A stretch of DNA of 42,034 bases, taken from positions 1-42,034 of the forward strand of contig CAZHBV010000001.1 in NCBI GenBank assembly GCA_964530855.1, written 5' to 3'. Below the pieces are notes generated by a model. That model was not told the DNA's origin, did not search any database, and saw only the letters and a program-made list of their open reading frames with translations. This document shows positions 1-7,614 of the stretch, piece after piece. Position 1 is the stretch's first letter, and each line of letters opens with the position of its first letter. Source of the stretch: an uncultured Candidatus Saccharibacteria bacterium (lineage in GTDB: Bacteria; Patescibacteriota; Minisyncoccia; Minisyncoccales; PEYH01). The translations under genes were made by a program, and so were the position numbers.

Positions 1-944
1 TCTGGGGGAATCCATTGCATTTTTAAAATTTCATAAACTTCTTCTTCTGTTTTACCAGCTACAAATTTATTGCCTTTAAAAACTCCATATTCGTTAAGCT
101 TTAACCCTAGATCAATTGCAATTTTTCTTAGAGCAATGTTATGATCTTTTGAACCAGTAAAATATTGCAAAGCTGAACCAAAAGATCTCTCAGGAATTAC
201 TCTTAAATCTACATCTATTCCTGTCTCCAGCCGAATTGAAGACTTTGTAGTCCCTTTGCCCCATACCTTAATAATCCCTGGTAATTTCACAAATTCTTCC
301 ATCACCGCCTCTGGCTTTGTAGCCACTACTAAAATATCAACATCACCAATAGTTTCTTTTCTTCTTCTAAGGGAGCCTGCTATACTTATTTTTTTCACTC
401 CTTTTACTTTTTTCAACCTTTTTTCAATTTCTTGTGCCAAAGGTAAAACCTCCCCAAGTAGAAACCTCCCCCCACTTTTTTTTAGAAAAAGAATTCCTTG
501 TAAAATGTTTTCCTCTGTCTTCTTGCCAAAACCAGGCAAATTTCTTATTTTACCTTGTCTGGCAGCTTTTTCTAATTCTTTTAGGTTTGTAATCCCTAAC
601 TTCTCATAAAGAACTTTCACCATTTTAGGCCCCACCCCTTCAATAGAAGTTAATTCTTCAATATCAACCGGGTATCTCTTTTTAAATTCCTCATAATATT
701 TAACTTTACCGGTCTTTAAATACTCTTCAATTTTTTTAGCGATACTTTCACCAATGCCCGGAATTGCTTTTACTCCTTTAAAACCCTTTCTTTGATAAAT
801 ATCTTTAATATCCTCTTCTAAATTTTCCAAAATTATAGCCGCCTTCTCATAAGCATAGGGCTTAAAAGGAACACCTTCCATCTCTAAAAAATATGCTATT
901 TCATAGAAGATATTCGCTAATTCTTGATTGTTTGCAAACTTCAT
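1..944 (-). CDS. DNA polymerase X family protein, N-terminal pol-beta-like part (partial; 3' end of the gene runs off the window)
   Basis: My own translation of the minus strand from the ATG at 944-942 gives MKFANNQELANIFYEIAYFLEMEGVPFKPYAYEKAA...AIPGIGESIAKKIEEYL (HhH)...ISIAGSLRRRKETIGDVDILV (nucleotidyltransferase motif)...ALQYFTGSKDHN. The frame stays open to position 1. It is absent from the ORF track because it has no stop inside the window. Confidence 0.85.
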   Translation of the reverse strand, partial: MKFANNQELANIFYEIAYFLEMEGVPFKPYAYEKAAIILENLEEDIKDIYQRKGFKGVKAIPGIGESIAKKIEEYLKTGKVKYYEEFKKRYPVDIEELTSIEGVGPKMVKVLYEKLGITNLKELEKAARQGKIRNLPGFGKKTEENILQGILFLKKSGGRFLLGEVLPLAQEIEKRLKKVKGVKKISIAGSLRRRKETIGDVDILVVATKPEAVMEEFVKLPGIIKVWGKGTTKSSIRLETGIDVDLRVIPERSFGSALQYFTGSKDHNIALRKIAIDLGLKLNEYGVFKGNKFVAGKTEEEVYEILKMQWIPP

Positions 945-1732
945 AGTTTTAACAACTTCTTTAAAAATAAGGCGTTCTCAATCGCAAATCCATGAAAATC
1001 ATTGTTGAAATATACAAAAACATCTCTCTTTTCTTTTTGCCATTTTTTTATCTTTTTTGCCAAATTCTCTAACGCCTTATCTGAATATTTAGAAGCAAAA
1101 AGTTCTGCTGGCCCATGCATTCTTATATAGACAAAATCTGTAGTTACAACCTCTGCTTTGGGGTAGCGAGAAGAATCAGCAATTACCAAAGCAGCGTTAT
1201 ATTTTTCCAAAAGTTTATAGGTTTTTTCATCCAGCCAGGTTTTATGTCGGAATTCAAAAGCGTATCTCAGTTTATAGTGGGTAGTGGGTAGTGAATAGTG
1301 GGTAGTGGCAAGTTGATAGTTAGAAAGAAGTTTTAGAAAATTTCTTAATCTTTGAATATTTTCTTTTTCGGCTTTAAAAGAAGGTGGAAATTGAAAAAGT
1401 ATTGGGCCTAATTTTTCTTTTAAATTTTTGGCATTTTCAAAAAATTGCTGCCAGGGATCTTTTACATTTTTCAACCTTTTTATATGGGTAATAAATCTTG
1501 AGGCTTTAACAGAAAAGAGAAACCCTTTTGGGGTTTCTTGATACCATTTTAAAAAGGTTGTAGGCCGCGGAAGATGATAAAAAGAATAATTTACCTCTGC
1601 GGTATCAAAATATTTTGCAAAATATTTTAGGCGATCTTTTGAAGGAAGATTTTCGGGATAAAATTTTCCAACCCAATGAGAATATACCCAGCCGGAGGTT
1701 CCTATATAGATTTTTGCTTTCTGTAAGGTCAT
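941..1732 (-). CDS. DUF72 (YecE-like TIM-barrel) family protein
   Basis: 263-aa ORF with IYIGTSGWVYSHWVGKFYP, AEVNYSFYHLP, ILFQFPPSF, YAFEFRHKTW and VYFNND, the typical DUF72 motif series. Its TGA stop overlaps the PolX ATG (ATGA at 941-944). Confidence 0.85.
   Translation of the reverse strand: MTLQKAKIYIGTSGWVYSHWVGKFYPENLPSKDRLKYFAKYFDTAEVNYSFYHLPRPTTFLKWYQETPKGFLFSVKASRFITHIKRLKNVKDPWQQFFENAKNLKEKLGPILFQFPPSFKAEKENIQRLRNFLKLLSNYQLATTHYSLPTTHYKLRYAFEFRHKTWLDEKTYKLLEKYNAALVIADSSRYPKAEVVTTDFVYIRMHGPAELFASKYSDKALENLAKKIKKWQKEKRDVFVYFNNDFHGFAIENALFLKKLLKL
1276..1317. repeat. Six tandem heptanucleotide units (AGTGGGT AGTGGGT AGTGAAT AGTGGGT AGTGGCA AGTTGAT) inside the DUF72 CDS
   Basis: Read directly from the sequence. 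6 x 7 = 42 nt keeps the reading frame and encodes the ATTHYSLPTTHY segment just before the conserved FEFRH motif. Confidence 0.8.
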
Positions 1733-1741
1733 TGAAAAGAA

Positions 1742-3043
1742 TCATTTTTTAGAAGACTTAACTTCTTCAGAAAAGTATCTGTCTAATTCGTCTACAAATT
1801 TTAAAAGAAGAGGGTCGTCGATTCTCTCTTTAATCTCAATCCACCATGGCATAATTGGAAATTTTTTATCTCTTTTGAAATACTCAATTGCCTGAACAAG
1901 GTTGGCAATTTTGTCCACCTGAGCAACAAACCTACCTTCTTTTGAAAGCCCTTCTTCAAAATCCACCCACAAATTTATTATTTCGTCCCGCAAGTTTTTT
2001 GGTAAATGAGATGTTAGTTTTACTATTGCTTGCCATTCTGTAGTCCTTTTTTTCAATAACCACTCCAGGCGCTTTCCTTGAGGCATTCTTGGAGGCTTTT
2101 TGACCAGTTCCTTAGCGTTGCTATTAGTTAATAAAATGGGGTCATAAGGTGTCTGATCTCCTGCATATACTTCACAAAGATCGTGAGCCAAAGCAATCTT
2201 AATGACTCTTTTTGTGTTTAATCCTTTTTTCTCTCCTAAAAACCAGGCCATGATTGTCATCCAAAAGGTATGCTGCGACACAGTTTCTGCATTTTTGACA
2301 CCTCTAAACACCCATCCTTTTCTTTGAAGAAATTTAAGTTTTCCTATTTCTCTTAAAAACCAGACAATCTCTTCTATTTGGCTTTCTTTAGTTTTTCTTT
2401 TATGCGAGCGGGCGCATAAAAGAGTCTCTGCGGTATTTCTAAATTTTGTAAGTAATTTATCCCGAATCACCTCCCTTGACCATCTTCTCAAAAGAGGAAG
2501 TTGTATTTTGTCTTCTTTTTGCCAGTATTCCAAAGCCTGTAAAAAACTTTCTAATTTATCTATTTGCCAAGCAAACTTGCCTACTTCCGTCTTCTTTGTG
2601 CGATAAGATACCCATAGTTCTCTTATCTCTTGCTTAAACCTTTGAGGCAATTTTGCAATGAGCTTCTCAAGCCCTTTGAGTTCCTCCTGATAGCGTTTTC
2701 TTTCCATCTCTCTTTTTTCTCTCAAAGAAAAAGGAGGTTTTCCTGTAAGAAGCTCTTTAACTTTCTCTAAATTACTTTTCTTTGATAAATTTTGGGGAAT
2801 TAAAGGATCGTAAGAGGTTTCATCAATTACATATACTTCAAAAATATCATGTAAAAGCAATGTTTTAAGAAGTTTCTCTTCATCTAAACCTTTAGATTTG
2901 TTTAATACCCATCCCAAAATTGCAGATCTAAATAAATGATCGGCAGTTGTCTCTGGGTTTTTAATACCATAAAAGAGCCACCCTCTTCTTGGTTTTTCTT
3001 TTAATTTGCCGATATTAATAAAAAAATCTAACAATGATTTCAT
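1742..3043 (-). CDS. Tandem (duplicated) HD-domain phosphohydrolase, YfbR-like 5'-nucleotidase fold x2
   Basis: 433 aa made of two similar halves. Half 1 has GKLKEKPRRGWLFYGIKNPETTADHLF...LLHDIFEVYVIDETSYDP. Half 2 has GKLKFLQRKGWVFRGVKNAETVSQHTF...LAHDLCEVYAGDQTPYDP. Confidence 0.75.
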   Translation of the reverse strand: MKSLLDFFINIGKLKEKPRRGWLFYGIKNPETTADHLFRSAILGWVLNKSKGLDEEKLLKTLLLHDIFEVYVIDETSYDPLIPQNLSKKSNLEKVKELLTGKPPFSLREKREMERKRYQEELKGLEKLIAKLPQRFKQEIRELWVSYRTKKTEVGKFAWQIDKLESFLQALEYWQKEDKIQLPLLRRWSREVIRDKLLTKFRNTAETLLCARSHKRKTKESQIEEIVWFLREIGKLKFLQRKGWVFRGVKNAETVSQHTFWMTIMAWFLGEKKGLNTKRVIKIALAHDLCEVYAGDQTPYDPILLTNSNAKELVKKPPRMPQGKRLEWLLKKRTTEWQAIVKLTSHLPKNLRDEIINLWVDFEEGLSKEGRFVAQVDKIANLVQAIEYFKRDKKFPIMPWWIEIKERIDDPLLLKFVDELDRYFSEEVKSSKK

Positions 3044-3086
3044 ATAGATGGAAAAAGAGGGCTTTTGCCCTCTTTTTATTTATCCT

Positions 3087-3563
3087 TTAAATATTTCGGT
3101 ATGTAATTTTCTTAATTTTATAAACTGTTGTAACTGCAGATTGAACTTTTACCTCATCGCCTACTTTATGATTCAAAAGTGCTTTTCCTACCGGAGACTC
3201 GTGGCTTATTTTACCCAAAAATGGATTTGCCTCAAGTGGCCCTACAATTGTAAACTCATCTATTTGACCTTCCACCTCTACTTCTACCGTTGCCCCTATC
3301 TGTACAGTATTCTGTCTATGTTTTGGTGGTGGCTTTATTAATTGATAATTTCTCAATATTTCTTCTAACTCCTCTAATCTTGATTCTAAAAAACTAATAT
3401 CCTCTTGAAAGGTAAGATATTCTGAATCTACTCCATGAGGTGCCCCAATCATAGGAGTTTCTCTCTCCATTTTCTGTGCTTTTTTCTGCTTTAGTTCCTC
3501 AAACTCTTTTTTAAGCTTTTCCAGCCCCTCTCTTGTTAAATAGAATTTCTTCTCTTGAGCCAT
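3087..3563 (-). CDS. greA: Transcription elongation factor GreA
   Basis: N-terminal coiled coil (LTREGLEKLKKEFEELK) and C-terminal FKBP-like domain (ISHESPVGKALLNHKVGDEVKV). The track ORF starts at a TTG at 3575. I prefer the ATG four codons downstream (MAQEKK). Confidence 0.85.
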   Translation of the reverse strand: MAQEKKFYLTREGLEKLKKEFEELKQKKAQKMERETPMIGAPHGVDSEYLTFQEDISFLESRLEELEEILRNYQLIKPPPKHRQNTVQIGATVEVEVEGQIDEFTIVGPLEANPFLGKISHESPVGKALLNHKVGDEVKVQSAVTTVYKIKKITYRNI

Positions 3564-3613
3564 GAATCTGTTCAATAATTTAGTTTATCTCCTCTAAACA
3601 TAATGTCAAGAAC

Positions 3614-3642
3614 TTGACAAGAGCAAAAAATATCTTTAATTT
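3614..3642 (+). promoter_or_regulatory. Candidate sigma70-type promoter for the HD gene (TTGACA, 17-nt spacer, TAATTT)
   Basis: TTGACA at 3614-3619, a 17-nt spacer, then TAATTT at 3637-3642. A strong SD (GGGAGGTGA) follows about 8 nt before the ATG at 3691. Confidence 0.4.
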
Positions 3643-3690
3643 GGGATAAGCCCTTTTAATCTCTATTCTCGATATGGGAGGTGAAAAGAG

Positions 3691-4287
3691 ATGGATGTAA
3701 GAAATGTTTTAGCCTATCTTTCAGAAATTCTTTCTCTCTGCCGTCTTGCAAGGTCTGGATGGCGAAGATTTGATGTTCCTGAGTCTGAACGGGAAAGCGT
3801 GGCTGACCACGTTTTTGGGGTTGTACATATTGCTTTAGTCTTAGCCAACCTTGAAGACGTGCCAAAAGAAAGATGGGGAGATATTGCGCTTATGGCTTTA
3901 ATCCATGACAATCCTGAAACTAGACTTGGAGATCTTGATCGGGTTGCTACTCTTTATATCAGAAGAAGAAAAGCCACTCAACAGGCCCTCAAAGATCAAA
4001 TTGCTAATCTACCGGAACCTTTAAAAAGTAAACTCCTGGAGCTTTCAAAACACTTGGATAGCGAAAGCATTGAGGCCCAAATTGTAAGAGACGCGGATAC
4101 TCTAGAATTTGCTCTTCGTGCTATACTTCTTTCGCAAAGAGGATACTCAACTAAAGAAGCGGCTAAAACCTCTTTGAATGAACTTAGAACCAAATCTGCA
4201 AAGACTCTCCTCAAAGAAGCTCTGAAAGAGAAAAACTTAGCCACTCTCTGGACGAAAGATTTGGAACTTGCAGGAGACCCCCGATGA
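3691..4287 (+). CDS. HD-domain phosphohydrolase (YfbR-like), single domain
   Basis: 198 aa with RSGWRRFDVPESERESVADHVFG and LIHDNPETRLGDLD. It is noticeably GC-richer than its neighbours, which also explains the long antisense shadow ORFs. Confidence 0.75.
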   Translation: MDVRNVLAYLSEILSLCRLARSGWRRFDVPESERESVADHVFGVVHIALVLANLEDVPKERWGDIALMALIHDNPETRLGDLDRVATLYIRRRKATQQALKDQIANLPEPLKSKLLELSKHLDSESIEAQIVRDADTLEFALRAILLSQRGYSTKEAAKTSLNELRTKSAKTLLKEALKEKNLATLWTKDLELAGDPR

Positions 4288-4334
4288 ATACAAAAATAAA
4301 AGAGAAAAGACAAAACTCCAATTACCACAAATGG

Positions 4335-4380
4335 AAAAACGGCCTATTCTCTGAACTTTTTGGAGAATAGGCCTTTTTAT
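4335..4380. terminator. Bidirectional rho-independent terminator between convergent genes
   Basis: AAAAA-C-GGCCTATTCTC (4341-4351), an 11-nt loop, GAGAATAGGCC (4363-4373), then TTTTT. This is a perfect 11-bp stem with an A-run upstream and a T-run downstream. Confidence 0.85.
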
Positions 4381-4743
4381 TTAACAGGTTAAATGGAAGA
4401 GTCCGATCACTTTCTTTTCTCTTCCTTCTTCCTCTTTAGATGCTTCTAATTGAATATTAAATGTCTTTATAGCCTCTTGGGTTGAGTCAATAACCAGTTC
4501 TATTCCTTGGTCTTTAATTAATTTCTTTGCTCTTGGAGTAACTTTAGCCATTCCATACGCACCGGTTCCTATAACAATCATTTCTGGCTTTTTTGAAACA
4601 GCCCTTGCCACATCTTTAAAATCAATTATGTGACTCTCTTCTCTTTGCCATTGCAAAACCTCGCCTGTCCACCTTACCTCAACATCAAAATTATATCTTT
4701 TTTTATCTATAATAATTTGACCAAATTTATATTCCTCAATCAT
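4381..4743 (-). CDS. Mth938-like (DUF498/NDUFAF3-like) domain protein
   Basis: 120 aa. EMIVIGTGAYGMAKVTPRAKKLIKDQGIELVIDSTQEAIKTFN matches the Mth938-domain pattern. Confidence 0.65.
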   Translation of the reverse strand: MIEEYKFGQIIIDKKRYNFDVEVRWTGEVLQWQREESHIIDFKDVARAVSKKPEMIVIGTGAYGMAKVTPRAKKLIKDQGIELVIDSTQEAIKTFNIQLEASKEEEGREKKVIGLFHLTC

Positions 4744-5548
4744 TCTTGAGTTTAATTATTGTAATTTCTGGTTTGGCATTAAATCTAAAAGGAAGAAATG
4801 TCCAACCAATTCCTCTATTTACATAAAGCCATTTATAATCTTCTCCAAAAAACCCACTTTTATATTTTCTGTCATATTTTAAAGGTAAAATTAAATTAGA
4901 TACGAGTGGAAGATTTATTTGTCCCCCATGAGTGTGGCCACATAGAACTAATACATTATTAAAATTAACCTTTCTAAAAATTTCAGGCGAATGTGCCAAA
5001 AGAATTTTGGGTATTTTCATATCTACTCCTTCAACTGCTTTATCTAATTGATCGAACCCTAAATGAGGATCATCAACACCTATTAAATATACTCCATCAA
5101 CTAAAACAGAGCGGTTATTTAGAATTTGAATTTCTTTCTTTTTTAAAATTTCTATCAATTTTTTAAGATTTTTATTTCTATGTTCGTGATTACCAAAGAC
5201 AATATAAATTTTTTTCTTAGGAATTCGAGAAAGTATCTCTAAAAATTGATCAAGCTCTTTCCACTTTTTGGTTGTCCAATCTATTAAGTCACCTGTGATA
5301 AAAATGTAATCAGGGTTTATTTCTTTTAACTTTTTAAGGGTTTTCCTTTCTCTTTCTGAAAAAGCCCTAAAATGAATGTCTGAAATTTGAACAAAGGTTT
5401 GCTCTTCCCCTTCAAAAGGAAGGTTTTTAAACTTTACTTCCAGGGTAGTTATTTCGATTGAATTTATTTCAATCATCCCCATATAGAGAATTCCTCCTAT
5501 AATAACTGCTGGGAATATAAGCATAATAAACATTTTAAACTTTCTCAT
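4736..5548 (-). CDS. Membrane-anchored metallophosphoesterase (YkuE/YaeI-like)
   Basis: N-terminal TM helix followed by ISDIHF, ITGDLID, GNHE and GHTHGGQ, the calcineurin-like phosphoesterase motifs. Confidence 0.85.
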   Translation of the reverse strand: MRKFKMFIMLIFPAVIIGGILYMGMIEINSIEITTLEVKFKNLPFEGEEQTFVQISDIHFRAFSERERKTLKKLKEINPDYIFITGDLIDWTTKKWKELDQFLEILSRIPKKKIYIVFGNHEHRNKNLKKLIEILKKKEIQILNNRSVLVDGVYLIGVDDPHLGFDQLDKAVEGVDMKIPKILLAHSPEIFRKVNFNNVLVLCGHTHGGQINLPLVSNLILPLKYDRKYKSGFFGEDYKWLYVNRGIGWTFLPFRFNAKPEITIIKLKND

Positions 5549-5549
5549 T

Positions 5550-6659
5550 TTAGGTCAAAATTAAGAAAATTTCTAAAATAACTCCGGCTAATAAAAATAG
5601 AGGTAGAAAATATAAAAATGGGTTTATTCTTTGTTGTTTAAGATGTAATGCTACTGCTTTTCTATAAAGAAATATATGAATAAAGCCTTCAATCCCGATG
5701 GCAATTGCCCCGCAAAGACTTAAAATCAAAGTAAAATTTTTAAAGCCAAAGAAATAAAATAAAAGAGGAATGCCTGTGGCTAACAAAAAAGATGTTTCTT
5801 TCTTAAATTTTAAATCATACAAAAAAACTTTTTTAATTGTCAGGCCTAAAGTGAGGTAAGAGGTAAAACAGGTAATCACGCCGAAAAGATAAAAGACCCA
5901 CAAAACCTTTTTGCCAAGGACCGAAACAAGACCTGAAAGAGCATCTTGGGTTGTGTTTTTACCACATGTGCCGACAATTATTATTATAAAAAGAATATAG
6001 ATCATTGCTGAGAACAGAATTCCAGAAATAACAATTCTCTTTAGATAATCCTCTTTCTTTTTTAACATTTCTGCTATTTCCGGTACAACTGCCGATCCCC
6101 ATAAAGAAAACAAGATAACTCCATAGGGATAGAATGAAAATTTAGAGAAAGATAGATTATTTGGGTTAATAAAACCGGCGGTTTTTATCAATAAAAATAT
6201 CAAAAGACCAAAGAAAAAAGTATTGATTAATGTCTCAGACCAAGAAATGCTTTTAATTCCCTTAAAAATTAAAAAACTCCCCAAAGCAAAAAAAGTTAAT
6301 ACATAATAAAGCTCTTTTCCTCCCAAAAGAGGACAAAAAAGTTTATATAAAAATCCTCCACCAACAATTAAATATACAAGTTGGGCCCCGAAAAGACCAA
6401 GGAATGTAGAAAATAAAGATAAAATCCCCCACTTTTTTCCCAAGTACTGAAATACATACCCCGGAAAACGATGTTTCTCTTTTGTTAAGCAGCAAACTTT
6501 TCCAAACAAAAGATGGATTACAATTGAAATGGCACCCAAGAGAGCAAAATAAAGAAAAACAAAAAAGAGACCAATATCTTTGACGGCCCAGGGTAAGGCG
6601 AAAATGCCCACGCCGATGATCGTGCCTACAAAAACAAAAAATGCTTCTGTGATTCTCAT
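5550..6659 (-). CDS. Amino acid permease-like polytopic membrane transporter
   Basis: 369 aa with about 11 hydrophobic segments. The N-terminus, FVGTIIGVGIFALPWAV, is typical of the amino-acid/aromatic amino-acid permease superfamily. Confidence 0.55.
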   Translation of the reverse strand: MRITEAFFVFVGTIIGVGIFALPWAVKDIGLFFVFLYFALLGAISIVIHLLFGKVCCLTKEKHRFPGYVFQYLGKKWGILSLFSTFLGLFGAQLVYLIVGGGFLYKLFCPLLGGKELYYVLTFFALGSFLIFKGIKSISWSETLINTFFFGLLIFLLIKTAGFINPNNLSFSKFSFYPYGVILFSLWGSAVVPEIAEMLKKKEDYLKRIVISGILFSAMIYILFIIIIVGTCGKNTTQDALSGLVSVLGKKVLWVFYLFGVITCFTSYLTLGLTIKKVFLYDLKFKKETSFLLATGIPLLFYFFGFKNFTLILSLCGAIAIGIEGFIHIFLYRKAVALHLKQQRINPFLYFLPLFLLAGVILEIFLILT

Positions 6660-7093
6660 TCTTTTCTTAAAATTCTTTTTTCAATTAAAAGGACCCCTGC
6701 TAGAATTAAAAGACCCAAAGAAGTAGCAAAGACAGCCAAAGAATACATCTTTAGCCCTATTGCTACCCCAATCGCTGCTACTAACCAAAGCCCAGCAGCG
6801 GTGGTCAAACCTTCTACATGATCCTTTCTAAAAATAATTACTCCACTTCCAATAAAACCAATCCCAATGGCAACTGCTTGAATAACTCTAAGAGGATCCA
6901 TATTCATCCTGCACTCTTTAAAAATGTTAGGGGCCAAAAAGGCTAATATAGTAAAAAGACAAGAAGCAATACAGACAAGCATGTAGGTTCTCAGACCTGC
7001 TTCTTTTTTTCCAAACTCTCTCTCAAGTCCCAAGAGCCCGCCCAAAACCGCTGCTAAGATTATTTGTAAAATTATCTCTAGAGCTTCTTTCAT
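6656..7093 (-). CDS. mgtC: MgtC/SapB family membrane protein
   Basis: LGGLLGLEREFGKKEAGLRTYMLVCIASCLF is the MgtC signature. There is a 4-nt overlap with the downstream permease gene. Confidence 0.85.
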   Translation of the reverse strand: MKEALEIILQIILAAVLGGLLGLEREFGKKEAGLRTYMLVCIASCLFTILAFLAPNIFKECRMNMDPLRVIQAVAIGIGFIGSGVIIFRKDHVEGLTTAAGLWLVAAIGVAIGLKMYSLAVFATSLGLLILAGVLLIEKRILRKE

Positions 7094-7094
7094 T

Positions 7095-7487
7095 TTATAA
7101 TTTAAAAACTTTGTATCCTTCTCTTACTTTTTCTTTAACTTTTAATCCTATTTCTTCCCCTTTCTTGGCTTTTTTTATCTTTTGGTGATTTATTTCCATT
7201 GAGTTTACCTTCTGTTTAAAATCCACCTCACCTCCAACTATTCTTATTTGGTCTCCTATTTTAATGGGAGCACTTAATTTTATTGCAGCCACTTTAATTT
7301 TATCAAAATAATGAGTTACCCTTCCTATCAATCTTTCCTTTTTCGAAACTCTCTTTTCTGTTACCTTTCTCTTCTTTTGTTTTGATCTTATCTTCCTTGT
7401 TTTTCCGCCTCTCTTTACCCTCTTTTTCTTCTTTGTCTTTTTAGTTACTTTAGATTTCTTCTTAGATTTGCTTTTCTTTTTAGCCAT
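7095..7487 (-). CDS. Small protein with a Lys/Arg-rich N-terminal tail plus an EF-Tu-domain-2-like beta-barrel ('translation elongation factor-like protein')
   Basis: The first ~50 aa are almost entirely K/R/S/T. The C-terminal GRVTHYFDKIKVAAIKLSAPIKIGDQIRIVG...FKQKVNSMEINHQKIKKAKKGEEIGLKV resembles stand-alone EF-Tu D2-like barrels. Confidence 0.5.
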   Translation of the reverse strand: MAKKKSKSKKKSKVTKKTKKKKRVKRGGKTRKIRSKQKKRKVTEKRVSKKERLIGRVTHYFDKIKVAAIKLSAPIKIGDQIRIVGGEVDFKQKVNSMEINHQKIKKAKKGEEIGLKVKEKVREGYKVFKL

Positions 7488-7541
7488 ATTTTTAGTTTAT
7501 TATGTTAATTGACCTTTAAATTAATTTTATCATAAAATTTA

Positions 7542-7614
7542 TGCCCCTGGGAGGAATCGAACCTCCATCTGAGGCTCCGGAGGCCTCTGTTCTATCCAAT
7601 TGAACTACGGGGGC
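7542..7614 (-). tRNA. tRNA-Arg (anticodon CCG)
   Basis: Hand-folded 73-nt cloverleaf: GCCCCCG TA GTTC AATTGGATA GAAC A GAGGC CTCCGGA GCCTC AGAT GGAGG TTCGATT CCTCC CAGGGGC A. D, anticodon and T stems are perfect, there is one C6-A67 mismatch, and CCA is not encoded. Confidence 0.85.

Noticed and set aside
256-609. 117-aa plus-strand ORF in the track
   Set aside because: It lies entirely antisense to a clearly recognisable PolX coding sequence, has low-complexity hydrophobic composition and no motifs. It is a shadow ORF.
1276-1317. G-quadruplex formation by the AGTGGGT repeat
   Set aside because: Only three GGG tracts plus one GG are present, so the canonical four-tract requirement is not met. 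I report it only as a tandem repeat.
3656-4328. Three minus-strand ORFs (3656-3865, 3714-3911, 3996-4328) and the plus-strand ORF 3048-3341
   Set aside because: They are antisense to the HD-domain gene and to greA. Their length is explained by the higher GC (fewer stop codons) of the HD gene. None has a recognisable motif or an SD.
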